A stretch of 26,057 bases of DNA, from IMG/VR virus record IMGVR_UViG_3300032335_000060, positions 1 through 26,057 of that record; one strand, 5' to 3'. A program made the position numbers and the translations under genes. The notes under the pieces were generated by a model. The model saw only the letters and a program-made list of their open reading frames with translations. It did not search any database and was not told the origin of the DNA. Below are positions 1 through 7,687 of the stretch, one piece after another; positions within the stretch are counted from its first letter, which is position 1; every line of letters starts with the position of its first letter. Source of the stretch: a virus (lineage: Duplodnaviria; Caudoviricetes).

Positions 1-170
1 ATCAGCTTAAAAAACTCAGCGTCGTTGGGGGACTGTCCCTCCATCGGCTGCGATACAAACACCAGCGAGTATAATACTGTAGCTACAATAAATGTTAGCG
101 TCAGCGACAGTACGATGCCGACAATGAACCGCAGCAGTTCCTCTGGTGACCATTCGCTAGTCGGTTTCAT
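1..170 (-). CDS. Membrane protein, holin-like (3' end truncated by window)
   Basis: Not in the ORF track; read manually from ATG at 170: MKPTSEWSPEELLRFIVGIVLSLTLTFIVATVLYSLVFVSQPMEGQSPNDAEFFKL... It has one strong hydrophobic helix and overlaps the end of the lipoprotein gene. Confidence 0.6.
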   Translation of the reverse strand, partial: MKPTSEWSPEELLRFIVGIVLSLTLTFIVATVLYSLVFVSQPMEGQSPNDAEFFKL

Positions 171-339
171 CTTCTTCGCCCGTATTTATCAACCACTCGG
201 TGCAGTAGCCCATAGCGACGCACTTGGGCTTCTTGCAGATTTCCTGCTGCCAGTTCGCAGGATCTTGGCAATCGTAGCGGTAGCGGTCCTGACAGCCCAA
301 CAAAAACAGCGATGCCGCTAAAAGTGACAGCGCCTTCAT
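157..339 (-). CDS. Small Cys-rich lipoprotein
   Basis: MK + hydrophobic stretch + lipobox LLGC, with four further Cys in the mature part; tightly packed in the operon. Confidence 0.7.
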   Translation of the reverse strand: MKALSLLAASLFLLGCQDRYRYDCQDPANWQQEICKKPKCVAMGYCTEWLINTGEEDETD

Positions 340-340
340 G

Positions 341-502
341 TCAGTTCATCTTAAAAGCGATTGCTGACAGTAGCCCGATTATTCCAGCGGCACTGCCGAT
401 CATGAGCGCCTCAATGCGCTTGATGCGCAATATGGTTTCCCGCCAGCGCTCAGCGCAGACGGCCTCGTGCGTGGTCAGGCGCAGGTTTACGTCGTCGCTC
501 AT
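341..502 (-). CDS. Small protein with C-terminal transmembrane helix (holin/XhlA-like architecture)
   Basis: Start re-assigned to ATG at 502 (ATGA overlap with the upstream stop): MSDDVNLRLTTHEAVCAERWRETILRIKRIEALMIGSAAGIIGLLSAIAFKMN, a short coiled coil followed by a TM helix. Confidence 0.65.
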   Translation of the reverse strand: MSDDVNLRLTTHEAVCAERWRETILRIKRIEALMIGSAAGIIGLLSAIAFKMN

Positions 503-852
503 TTCAGGTTCCGCAGCTTGTATATGGTGGTCAGATACACTTCCGTGACACCGTCGACCAGGTTGGCCACTGCGCGGTTGCCCTTGCAGATGTCCTCGTG
601 ATGCTCTTCGATCCATGCTGCGTCGGCCTCTAGGAGCTTCAGCACGTCAGGCTCAGTCACCTTCGGGGCGGGTATGTTGCCGATGAGGCTGAACGCGCCT
701 TGGTAGGCCTCCACGAGCTTGTCGATTGCGTCGATGATGTTGTCGTAGAACTTGCCCAGAGCTTTGTGCTCCGAGTAGCTCTCCGTGCGCCAGTGCTCGA
801 AGTGGGCTACGTTGCGTGCGTAGAACACGCGGCTGATGAGTTGTTCGATCAT
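499..852 (-). CDS. Ferritin/Dps-like four-helix protein (DUF5856-like)
   Basis: H-x-x-HW-x7-H...Y...D-x3-E pattern (AHFEHWRTESYSEHKALGKFYDNIIDAIDKLVEAYQG) resembles Dps/ferritin-like metal-binding helices. Confidence 0.7.
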   Translation of the reverse strand: MIEQLISRVFYARNVAHFEHWRTESYSEHKALGKFYDNIIDAIDKLVEAYQGAFSLIGNIPAPKVTEPDVLKLLEADAAWIEEHHEDICKGNRAVANLVDGVTEVYLTTIYKLRNLK

Positions 853-864
853 TGGCGTTCATCC

Positions 865-1590
865 TCAGTGCTTCGTACCGGTCTCCGTCGCCGCATAAAC
901 GCCAGAAAAGCAGTACGCTCCAAAATGTCCAAGCTCACACCAAGGCGCGGCCCAGATTGCGCCGCCGTGTTTACTGTATTCGTGGCAGAAATGATAGTCC
1001 TCAGATAGCAATTTGCCATCCTCGACCTGCACCCTGAAGAAATCGTGGACTTCATCCTCTGGAGCGATGCTTGCGCCGCCATTCGTGTACGTCTGCGTGT
1101 GCGGTGCCAGGCCCTCAAACACGTCACGCCGGATGAGCATGAAGCCCGTTCCGATATGCTCGACTTGGAACGGCTCGTCTGGGCTAACCATGTCGTGACC
1201 GGGCAGCGTGTTGAGGTTGAAGATGCCAGTAAGCGCGGCGAGGTTCGGGTGGTTAAGCACCGCCCCCTGCCGCACGCGGTCCCAGTTGATACCCTTCATA
1301 GGCACCGGACCGCCGATGATACCCTTGTCCGCCTTAATCATCAGCGCGACATCGTTGGCACGGAAGCGCTGGTCCGCGTCGATGAAGAGCAGGTGAGTGG
1401 CATCGGGGATGCGCAGAAAGTGATGCGCAATCGTGTTACGCCCGCGCTGGATCAGGCTCTCGTTGCCGAGGAAGATGCACGTCAGCTTGATGTCGTACTG
1501 CATACACGCCTCCTTGAGAGCCAAAAGGCTCTGCGTGTATTCAGTGCACATCATCCCACCGTAGCAGGGTGTGCCTATGACGAGGTGCAT
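865..1590 (-). CDS. Glycosyltransferase, GT-A fold (GT2-like)
   Basis: N-terminal VIGTPCYGG strand, SLIQRGRN, DxD motif (LLFIDAD), GTGFMLIRRDVF, LSEDYHFC and a late H-x-G are typical of phage GT2-like proteins. TGATG coupling to the upstream gene. Confidence 0.75.
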   Translation of the reverse strand: MHLVIGTPCYGGMMCTEYTQSLLALKEACMQYDIKLTCIFLGNESLIQRGRNTIAHHFLRIPDATHLLFIDADQRFRANDVALMIKADKGIIGGPVPMKGINWDRVRQGAVLNHPNLAALTGIFNLNTLPGHDMVSPDEPFQVEHIGTGFMLIRRDVFEGLAPHTQTYTNGGASIAPEDEVHDFFRVQVEDGKLLSEDYHFCHEYSKHGGAIWAAPWCELGHFGAYCFSGVYAATETGTKH

Positions 1591-2417
1591 CAGACCGCGC
1601 TCTCGTCTGTAAGCTGCTTGATGTTAGTCAAGCTGGTCACATCGAAGAGACTGAAGCCACGATACTGTGCGAACTTCTCAGGATCGTCGGCCCACTTGTC
1701 GGCGCACGCTTCAAGCCACTGCACGGTCATCTCATGCGTCGGAGCCTTGCCTTCGCTGATAAGCTGGTTCTCAAGGTTGAGGTAGGCAAAGACCTCCGCC
1801 TGCGCCTGAGCCGCGTTGATGCCCAGATCAAACAGGTATATCATGTTGCCCTCGTCGATCACGCCACTGCGGCTGCGGGCGGCATTGAGCGCCTGCTTCA
1901 TGCAGGTCATGATATGATAGCGGCACTCTTCGCGCTCGTAATCCTCTTCGGTGATCTCGTCCTTGCCAATCTTCTCTAGCAGTTGCTTGTGCTGGTTGGC
2001 GAAGAAATTCATCTTGCGAAGCGCGCCGTTGACGTGGTTCTGCGTGCCATCGAATTGGCTCTTGATCTCAAGTATCTCGATCTCCAGCATCTCGATGTCG
2101 AGTTCGCCTGTGGCTTCAGTCAACTCAACTTCCTTGCGCTTTAGCTCAACCTGCTTCTTACGCATGCTGATGTAGGCTTCCTGCAAGGCGGCGCGCGTGC
2201 GGTCGATCTCGGCCAGCGTGTGCTTAATGCTGCGGATCGGCGTGATGGCCGTCACGTCCAGAGCCACCTGCATGAATTGGCTGTGGCTCTTGTGGAAGTT
2301 GCTGGTGTCCCGAACGATGGCTGGCATCCGCTCTTGGATGTTGGTCAGCATCGTTGCGTATTCGGGCCTCGTTGCAGGCAAAGCCGTTGTCATATTAGAA
2401 AGTACGATGTCGTTCAT
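1590..2417 (-). CDS. Coiled-coil hypothetical protein (possible fibre/propeller assembly factor)
   Basis: 275 aa ORF with SD AAGGAG and a long heptad-rich helical centre; lies directly after the propeller genes. Confidence 0.7.
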   Translation of the reverse strand: MNDIVLSNMTTALPATRPEYATMLTNIQERMPAIVRDTSNFHKSHSQFMQVALDVTAITPIRSIKHTLAEIDRTRAALQEAYISMRKKQVELKRKEVELTEATGELDIEMLEIEILEIKSQFDGTQNHVNGALRKMNFFANQHKQLLEKIGKDEITEEDYEREECRYHIMTCMKQALNAARSRSGVIDEGNMIYLFDLGINAAQAQAEVFAYLNLENQLISEGKAPTHEMTVQWLEACADKWADDPEKFAQYRGFSLFDVTSLTNIKQLTDESAV

Positions 2418-2446
2418 TACAGTGCTCCTTGTGTTGAACGGTTGGG

Positions 2447-4393
2447 TTATAGACCCCCGTGGGCATTAGAGCAACCGCCCTGCTGGTCATAAGCAGAAGA
2501 CAGATCACCAAAATCGGTTGCATTACCAGTTGAGGCAATTGTAACGTAATCAATCGTGTTAACGCTTGCTCCAGACGTATTTTGACCACCGGCAAAAACG
2601 GCTGTTGTGGACGATGAAGCCGCTGCCAATTGCGCCCGTGCTACCGTAAGATCACCAAAGTCAGTTGCATTGCCGGTAGAGGCAATCGTGATGTAATCGA
2701 TAATATTGCTATTAGCGGGATAGCCACTGCCGGCACTGGTTCGACCACCCGCAAATAGGCCGCGCGTTGCCGATGAGCAACTAGAGAGCATTAAACGGGC
2801 CGCGGAAAGGTTGCCAAAACTGGTGGCGTTTCCGGTTGTCGCAATTGTTACGTACCCAATGCTTACATATGCATTAGAGCCATCATACCCACCGGCATAA
2901 GTAGCGCGCGTTGTAGAGGCGCAGGCTGCTAAATAGGCATTTACAACGGTTGTATCACCAAAATCTGTCGCATTGCCTGTGGTGGCGATGGTTACGTAGT
3001 CAATGACGTTCATGAAGCCGGGGCCGGTAGACGCGTTATATCCAGCAAACGACAAGCCGCGCGTGTCATTAGAAGCCCCGCCGAGAGCGTACCGCCCGTT
3101 TGCAGTGAGGGTTCCAAACGTCGTTGCGTTACCGAGGGACGCAATAGTTACGTAGTCGATGACGTTTTTGAAACTGTTCCCATATTCGCCGCCGGAAAAC
3201 ACACCACGGGTGGAAGACGCAAATCCGGTTAAAGAGTAGCGGGCCGTAGTTAGTTGGCCGAAGAAATAGGCATTCCCAGTCGTGGTGATGTTCACATACT
3301 GGATGCCCGCCTGAGTGTCACCCCCCGGTGCCGCCGTCCCGCCACCAAACAGAGCCATCGCGCTGCTGGTCGGCGTGGGTTGCACGGCTTCGGCTGCGCC
3401 GGAGCAGGCGGCGAGGGCGTTATTAGCGCTAGTTAAATCCCCGAAATCAAGGGCGTTGCCTGTCGAGGCAATCGTTACATACTGAATTACGTTTGTGAGA
3501 GCAAAACCTGCGGTATAGCCACCGCCAAACAAACCGCGCGTGGGGGAGGCGCACCCCGCGAGAGAGGTTGTTACAGAAAGAAGGTTGCCAAAACTGGTTG
3601 CCGTTCCAGTGCTTGCTATGGTGTAATAATCCATGACGGCAGATATAGCGGATGCCGTGTAGCCACCACCCATTACTGCGCGCGTTTCAGAGGCAAAGCC
3701 AGCAAGGTCCTGCCGCGCAACGGTTAGGTTACCGAAGCTAGTTGCGTTGCCGGTGGAGGCAATGGTAACGTAATCAGTCGATATGTTCCTACCACTACCG
3801 GGACTGCCGCCAGCGATAAGCCCCCGCGTAGACGACGCGCCAGTGCCGGGGTTTTCACCCCTCGCTACAGTCAGATCACCGAAGTCGGTTGCGTTACCTG
3901 CTGATGCAATAGTTACGTATTGGATGATGTTGACGTAATTGCCCCCAGCGATGACGCCACGAATGTTGTTTGAGAAACCCGCAACGCCAAGGTTTTGGTT
4001 GCTGGTGGTAATCAGGTCGCCAAAGTCCGTTGCCGCGCCACCAGATGAGATGGAGATAAAATCAATAATGTTTCCCTGTTCTCCGCCCGCCCAGACTGCG
4101 CGGGTGCTAGACGCAAATGATGCAAAGCGATAAGCAGTATTAGTAAGATTACCGAAACTAGCGGCGTTGCTGGTCGTGCTGATGTTGACCGACTGTATGC
4201 TGGACGAGGCTGGTGAATTACCGCCGCCAAACATCCCAAGCGGCGCGAGGTTTCCCGGTATCGGCCACAGGCCCTGCTTCGTCCAGTAGCTGGCCTCGGC
4301 AAGCGACCACACACCAGAAGCCGCGCCGTCCTGGAACGGGCCAGCGGGCGTTACTGGAGTTTTGCGAATAAGGTTACCGGGCCAGTTTGACAC
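2447..4393 (-). CDS. Virion-associated repeat protein with two Kelch-like 6-bladed beta-propellers
   Basis: Start re-assigned to GTG at 4393 (SD GGAGGA upstream). Twelve ~45-50 aa repeats of consensus IDYVTIASTGNATDFGDLTVAR...SSSTRG(L/V)FGGG in two groups of six, joined by a QPTPT linker. N-terminal SGVWSL...WP motif; ends CSNAHGGL. Confidence 0.8.
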   Translation of the reverse strand: MSNWPGNLIRKTPVTPAGPFQDGAASGVWSLAEASYWTKQGLWPIPGNLAPLGMFGGGNSPASSSIQSVNISTTSNAASFGNLTNTAYRFASFASSTRAVWAGGEQGNIIDFISISSGGAATDFGDLITTSNQNLGVAGFSNNIRGVIAGGNYVNIIQYVTIASAGNATDFGDLTVARGENPGTGASSTRGLIAGGSPGSGRNISTDYVTIASTGNATSFGNLTVARQDLAGFASETRAVMGGGYTASAISAVMDYYTIASTGTATSFGNLLSVTTSLAGCASPTRGLFGGGYTAGFALTNVIQYVTIASTGNALDFGDLTSANNALAACSGAAEAVQPTPTSSAMALFGGGTAAPGGDTQAGIQYVNITTTGNAYFFGQLTTARYSLTGFASSTRGVFSGGEYGNSFKNVIDYVTIASLGNATTFGTLTANGRYALGGASNDTRGLSFAGYNASTGPGFMNVIDYVTIATTGNATDFGDTTVVNAYLAACASTTRATYAGGYDGSNAYVSIGYVTIATTGNATSFGNLSAARLMLSSCSSATRGLFAGGRTSAGSGYPANSNIIDYITIASTGNATDFGDLTVARAQLAAASSSTTAVFAGGQNTSGASVNTIDYVTIASTGNATDFGDLSSAYDQQGGCSNAHGGL

Positions 4394-4394
4394 G

Positions 4395-5339
4395 TTATAG
4401 TCCTCCGTGGGCGGCTGAACACGCGCCCATGCCGCGCTGCCCAGCAACTAAAGAGCCAAAAGATGCGGCGTTGCCAGTGGTTGCGATGGTGACATATTGC
4501 ATCGTGGTCTCACTGGCGTAGCCACCTGCAAAGAGGCCGATGGTCTGGGAAGATGTGCCGGTCACGTTATAAAGCGCCGCAGTCATGTCACCAAAATCAA
4601 CAGCGTTGCCGGTAGAGGCAAGCGTGATGTAGTCGATGACGTTAACAGTACCGCCATTCCTGCCACCAGCCCATAGTCCTCGTGTATTAGATGAGCACGC
4701 ACTGGTATAATCACGCGCAACGGTTAGATCGCCGAAGTCCGTTGCGTTGCCGGTGGTCGCTAGTGTAATAAAATCAATCACGTTTGTTGCGCCCAAGTCA
4801 GCTCCACCCCCGAACACTCCTCGTGTCGTTGAGGAGCAGGCAGACAAACTAAAGCAACTTGCGTGAAGGTCGCCAAAATCAGTAGCATTGCCGGTTGAAG
4901 CAATGGTTACATAATCAATAACATTGTAAAACGTTGCAACCCCCGGATTATACCCTCCACCCCAAACGCCGCGAGTGCTGTTTGAGCACGCCGAAAGGTA
5001 GGCTCTGGCCAAGGTAAGGCTTCCGAAGTTGGCAGACGTCCCACTGGAGGCGATTGTCACGTAATCTAAAGCTGCCTGAGTGTTGCTGGAGGCGTCTAGA
5101 CCACCGCCCCATATGCCACGCGTTGAACTGGAACAGGCAGCCAACTGCTCTTTGCGATTTTGCAAATCACCAAAAAGCGCAGGCGTTCCTGACGTTGCGA
5201 TTAGGACGTAATATATGTTGGAAGTAGGGCTGTTAGAGCCTCCTCCGAACAGAGCGATAGGAGGTGGCGCAGGCCAATTCCCAGCCGCGACGGCCTGAAG
5301 CTGCTGCGTGAGGTTCCAGACACCGCTGTAACTAGGCAT
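4395..5339 (-). CDS. Virion-associated Kelch-like 6-bladed beta-propeller protein
   Basis: Six repeats of the same consensus; N-terminal SGVWNLTQQ...GNWP; ends CSAAHGGL; TAATG coupling. Confidence 0.8.
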   Translation of the reverse strand: MPSYSGVWNLTQQLQAVAAGNWPAPPPIALFGGGSNSPTSNIYYVLIATSGTPALFGDLQNRKEQLAACSSSTRGIWGGGLDASSNTQAALDYVTIASSGTSANFGSLTLARAYLSACSNSTRGVWGGGYNPGVATFYNVIDYVTIASTGNATDFGDLHASCFSLSACSSTTRGVFGGGADLGATNVIDFITLATTGNATDFGDLTVARDYTSACSSNTRGLWAGGRNGGTVNVIDYITLASTGNAVDFGDMTAALYNVTGTSSQTIGLFAGGYASETTMQYVTIATTGNAASFGSLVAGQRGMGACSAAHGGL

Positions 5340-6544
5340 TATAGACCTCCGTGGACGTTGGAGCAGGCACCTGCGCCAAAGCGAGGTATAACAAGATCAC
5401 CGAAATCAATAGCGTTACCAGTCGATGCAATCGTCACGTAATCTAATATGTTAGTAGCATTTGATCCGTTATAACCTCCTCCGAAGAGGCCGATTGTGGA
5501 CGACGCACACGCAGCGGGTTGCTGGCGGCCTACGGTCAAGTTGCCAAAAGACGTTGCATTGCCAGTCGTTGCGATTGTTACGTAGGTGATCGCGCTAGTG
5601 TTAACTGTTGTGAAACCACCGCCAAACAAGGCGCGCGTGCTGGAGGCGCATGACGCCGGAATGGTAGTACCTACGGTTAAATCTCCGAAATCAGTAGCAT
5701 TTCCGGTTGAGGCAATAGTGATGTAATCAATCGTGTTGTCGTTTCCACTGGACGATGTGCCGCCTCCAAAAACGCCGCGCGTGCTAGAAGATGAGGCTCC
5801 CGGACCGTTTCTAGTTAAAGTAAGGTCGCCAAAGTCAACGGCATTCCCAATCGATGCGGTAGTTACATAGTCAATGGTGTTAACACTTACGGTGCCAGTA
5901 AAGCCACCGCCGAAAACTGAACGGGTTGCATTAGAGCAGCCGCCCGCTATATATCTGGTCTGACTAAGAGCACCGAAACTGGTCGCATTACCAGCAGAAG
6001 CGATTGTTACGTAGTCAATGACGCTGGTAACGCCGCTTGAAGTCTCAGCCCCAGCAAAAAGTCCTCTGGAAGAAGAAGATGCCCCCGCGGTGCCGTTACG
6101 GGCAGACGTTAAGTTCCCAAAACTGGTTGCGTTGCCTGAAGTTGACATGTTTACTTGGTCAATTGATGAGGTTCGCGTGAATGAAGCGTCATACCCGCCC
6201 GCAAACAAAGCGCGCTGCAAAGGTGCAGGCGTCACGCTACCGCTCGGCCCACCCGCAGGTGACGGCCCATAGCTATTCAGCGCCCAGACATTGAAGGTGT
6301 AGCTGGTGCCGTTGGTCAGGCCGGAGAACGCCAAGGGTGAAGCGGACGCAGTCGCGGCAACATCGCCCGGAGTGCTCCGCCCGGTATAGCCAGTGATCGC
6401 AGAACCACCCACATTTGTCGGCGCGGTGAAGCTCACCGTCGCGGACGTGTCGCCTTCCGCAGCTGTGACCGCAGTAGGTGCGTTCGGGGCTTGCAGCGGG
6501 TTAAAGCCTACGCCGAGTATGCCGCCTTGATAGCGCTTTGACAT
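5339..6544 (-). CDS. Fn3 domain + Kelch-like 6-bladed beta-propeller protein
   Basis: Fn3 signature (APNAPTAVTA...ATVSFTAP...GGSAITGY...GLTNGTSYTFNVWALNSYG) followed by six propeller repeats; ends CSNVHGGL. Confidence 0.85.
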   Translation of the reverse strand: MSKRYQGGILGVGFNPLQAPNAPTAVTAAEGDTSATVSFTAPTNVGGSAITGYTGRSTPGDVAATASASPLAFSGLTNGTSYTFNVWALNSYGPSPAGGPSGSVTPAPLQRALFAGGYDASFTRTSSIDQVNMSTSGNATSFGNLTSARNGTAGASSSSRGLFAGAETSSGVTSVIDYVTIASAGNATSFGALSQTRYIAGGCSNATRSVFGGGFTGTVSVNTIDYVTTASIGNAVDFGDLTLTRNGPGASSSSTRGVFGGGTSSSGNDNTIDYITIASTGNATDFGDLTVGTTIPASCASSTRALFGGGFTTVNTSAITYVTIATTGNATSFGNLTVGRQQPAACASSTIGLFGGGYNGSNATNILDYVTIASTGNAIDFGDLVIPRFGAGACSNVHGGL

Positions 6545-6550
6545 CCGCTT

Positions 6551-6922
6551 TTATCCCGCAAGTTCTTGGTATGTCACCGTCATTGTAATCGCGTTCGCCG
6601 TGCCAGCCGTCGCGCCGAGTGACGTGTTGGCGGCCAGTACAACTGGCGTCGTCGCGTCGGAGACAATCAGCGAGGCGTCGGCCGGCACTGAGATCGTCGA
6701 TGCCATCGGGAAGGCCGTGCCGCCCAGAGCGGCTGCGCTGTAGCGCGACACGCTAATGTCAGCGGCGTTCGTGCCGTCCACGTTGGCTGCCACGATGGCA
6801 ATGACCTTAAACACGCGGCCAGACGACGCAGCGTTCGACAGCAGCGAGGTTGCGCTCGTCGAGCTTAAGGCGACGTTGACGGTGAACTCACCGATCAGAT
6901 TGTTGGGGGCTACATAGGCCAT
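6551..6922 (-). CDS. Small beta-rich virion protein (fibre-tip adaptor-like), paralog of 7281..7676
   Basis: SD GAGG; shares ANVDGTNA and ASTISVPADASLIV with 7281..7676. Confidence 0.75.
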   Translation of the reverse strand: MAYVAPNNLIGEFTVNVALSSTSATSLLSNAASSGRVFKVIAIVAANVDGTNAADISVSRYSAAALGGTAFPMASTISVPADASLIVSDATTPVVLAANTSLGATAGTANAITMTVTYQELAG

Positions 6923-6930
6923 CAGTTACC

Positions 6931-7263
6931 TCACGAAATCTCAAGAATGGACATGACGGCATCCACAGAGGTCGCCGCAGAGGACTTAACCCGAAGGCTG
7001 TCGCCAGTGATCAGAACGACCTTCTCATCGCCGCCAATCGGGATAAAGGCGTTGCCCACGCCAACACCAGCGCCCTTGACCAGGTAGGCGTCGTTCGTGC
7101 CATCGTAGACAGTTACGTCAACCGTGATCGGGGAAGTGGTCGTGTTGCAGACCGACAGGCCAATGACCGTCGTCTGCACGCCGCCACCGACAGTGTAACT
7201 GCCGACGGCTGTCAGGGATGCGCCGATGTTACGGCTTACTTTTCTCGTGAATGTATTGGCCAT
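6931..7263 (-). CDS. Small beta-rich virion protein (fibre-associated)
   Basis: MANTF...TTVIGLSVCN...KVVLITGDSLRV...DAVMSILEI pattern, with the same overall strand layout as the flanking small proteins. Confidence 0.75.
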   Translation of the reverse strand: MANTFTRKVSRNIGASLTAVGSYTVGGGVQTTVIGLSVCNTTTSPITVDVTVYDGTNDAYLVKGAGVGVGNAFIPIGGDEKVVLITGDSLRVKSSAATSVDAVMSILEIS

Positions 7264-7280
7264 GTCAGCTTCCTATCACA

Positions 7281-7676
7281 TTAAGACATGAGTTCATAGC
7301 TGACGCTAAACGTCAGCTTGCTTGCGGTCCCCGACGTGATCGAGATGGAGGTGCCCTCCTCAAGATAAATCGCCGTCGTCTTGTCCGTCACAATCAGCGA
7401 GGCGTCGGCCGGAACCGAGATCGTTGAGGCGATCGGGTAGGCCGTGCCGCCCGATGGGGCAGACCCCTGAGCCACGCCACCGTTGGTGTAGATCGACACG
7501 GTGCAATCAACCGCGTTGGTCCCGTCGACGTTGGCGACAACGATCTGGTTGATCTTGAGAACCGTGTTCGATGACGCCGCGTTCTGAAGCAAGACAACAG
7601 CAGTCGTGCCAGTAGGCGTAAAGTACGTCGTCTTGCCCGTGATCGTTGTCAGGGATGCAATATTTGGCGCTGCCAT
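7281..7676 (-). CDS. Small beta-rich virion protein (fibre-tip adaptor-like)
   Basis: SD AGGAG; KINQIVVANVDGTN...ISVPADASLIV...IYLEEG...SYE; directly follows the fibre gene. Confidence 0.75.
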   Translation of the reverse strand: MAAPNIASLTTITGKTTYFTPTGTTAVVLLQNAASSNTVLKINQIVVANVDGTNAVDCTVSIYTNGGVAQGSAPSGGTAYPIASTISVPADASLIVTDKTTAIYLEEGTSISITSGTASKLTFSVSYELMS

Positions 7677-7687
7677 CGTCTAACTCC

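Noticed and set aside
4394-4447. ORF-track N-terminal extension of the two-propeller gene
   Set aside because: It overlaps the previous gene; GTG at 4393 has a well-spaced GGAGGA SD.
2447-5352. HGGL termini as ubiquitin-like conjugation tails
   Set aside because: The proteins are propellers rather than beta-grasp folds, a Leu follows the GG, and no E1/E2/JAB-like genes are present in the window.
2447-6544. Diversity-generating retroelement target/template in the propeller repeats
   Set aside because: There is no reverse transcriptase in the window, and I saw no pair of near-identical repeats differing only at adenines; differences are mostly synonymous and of all types.
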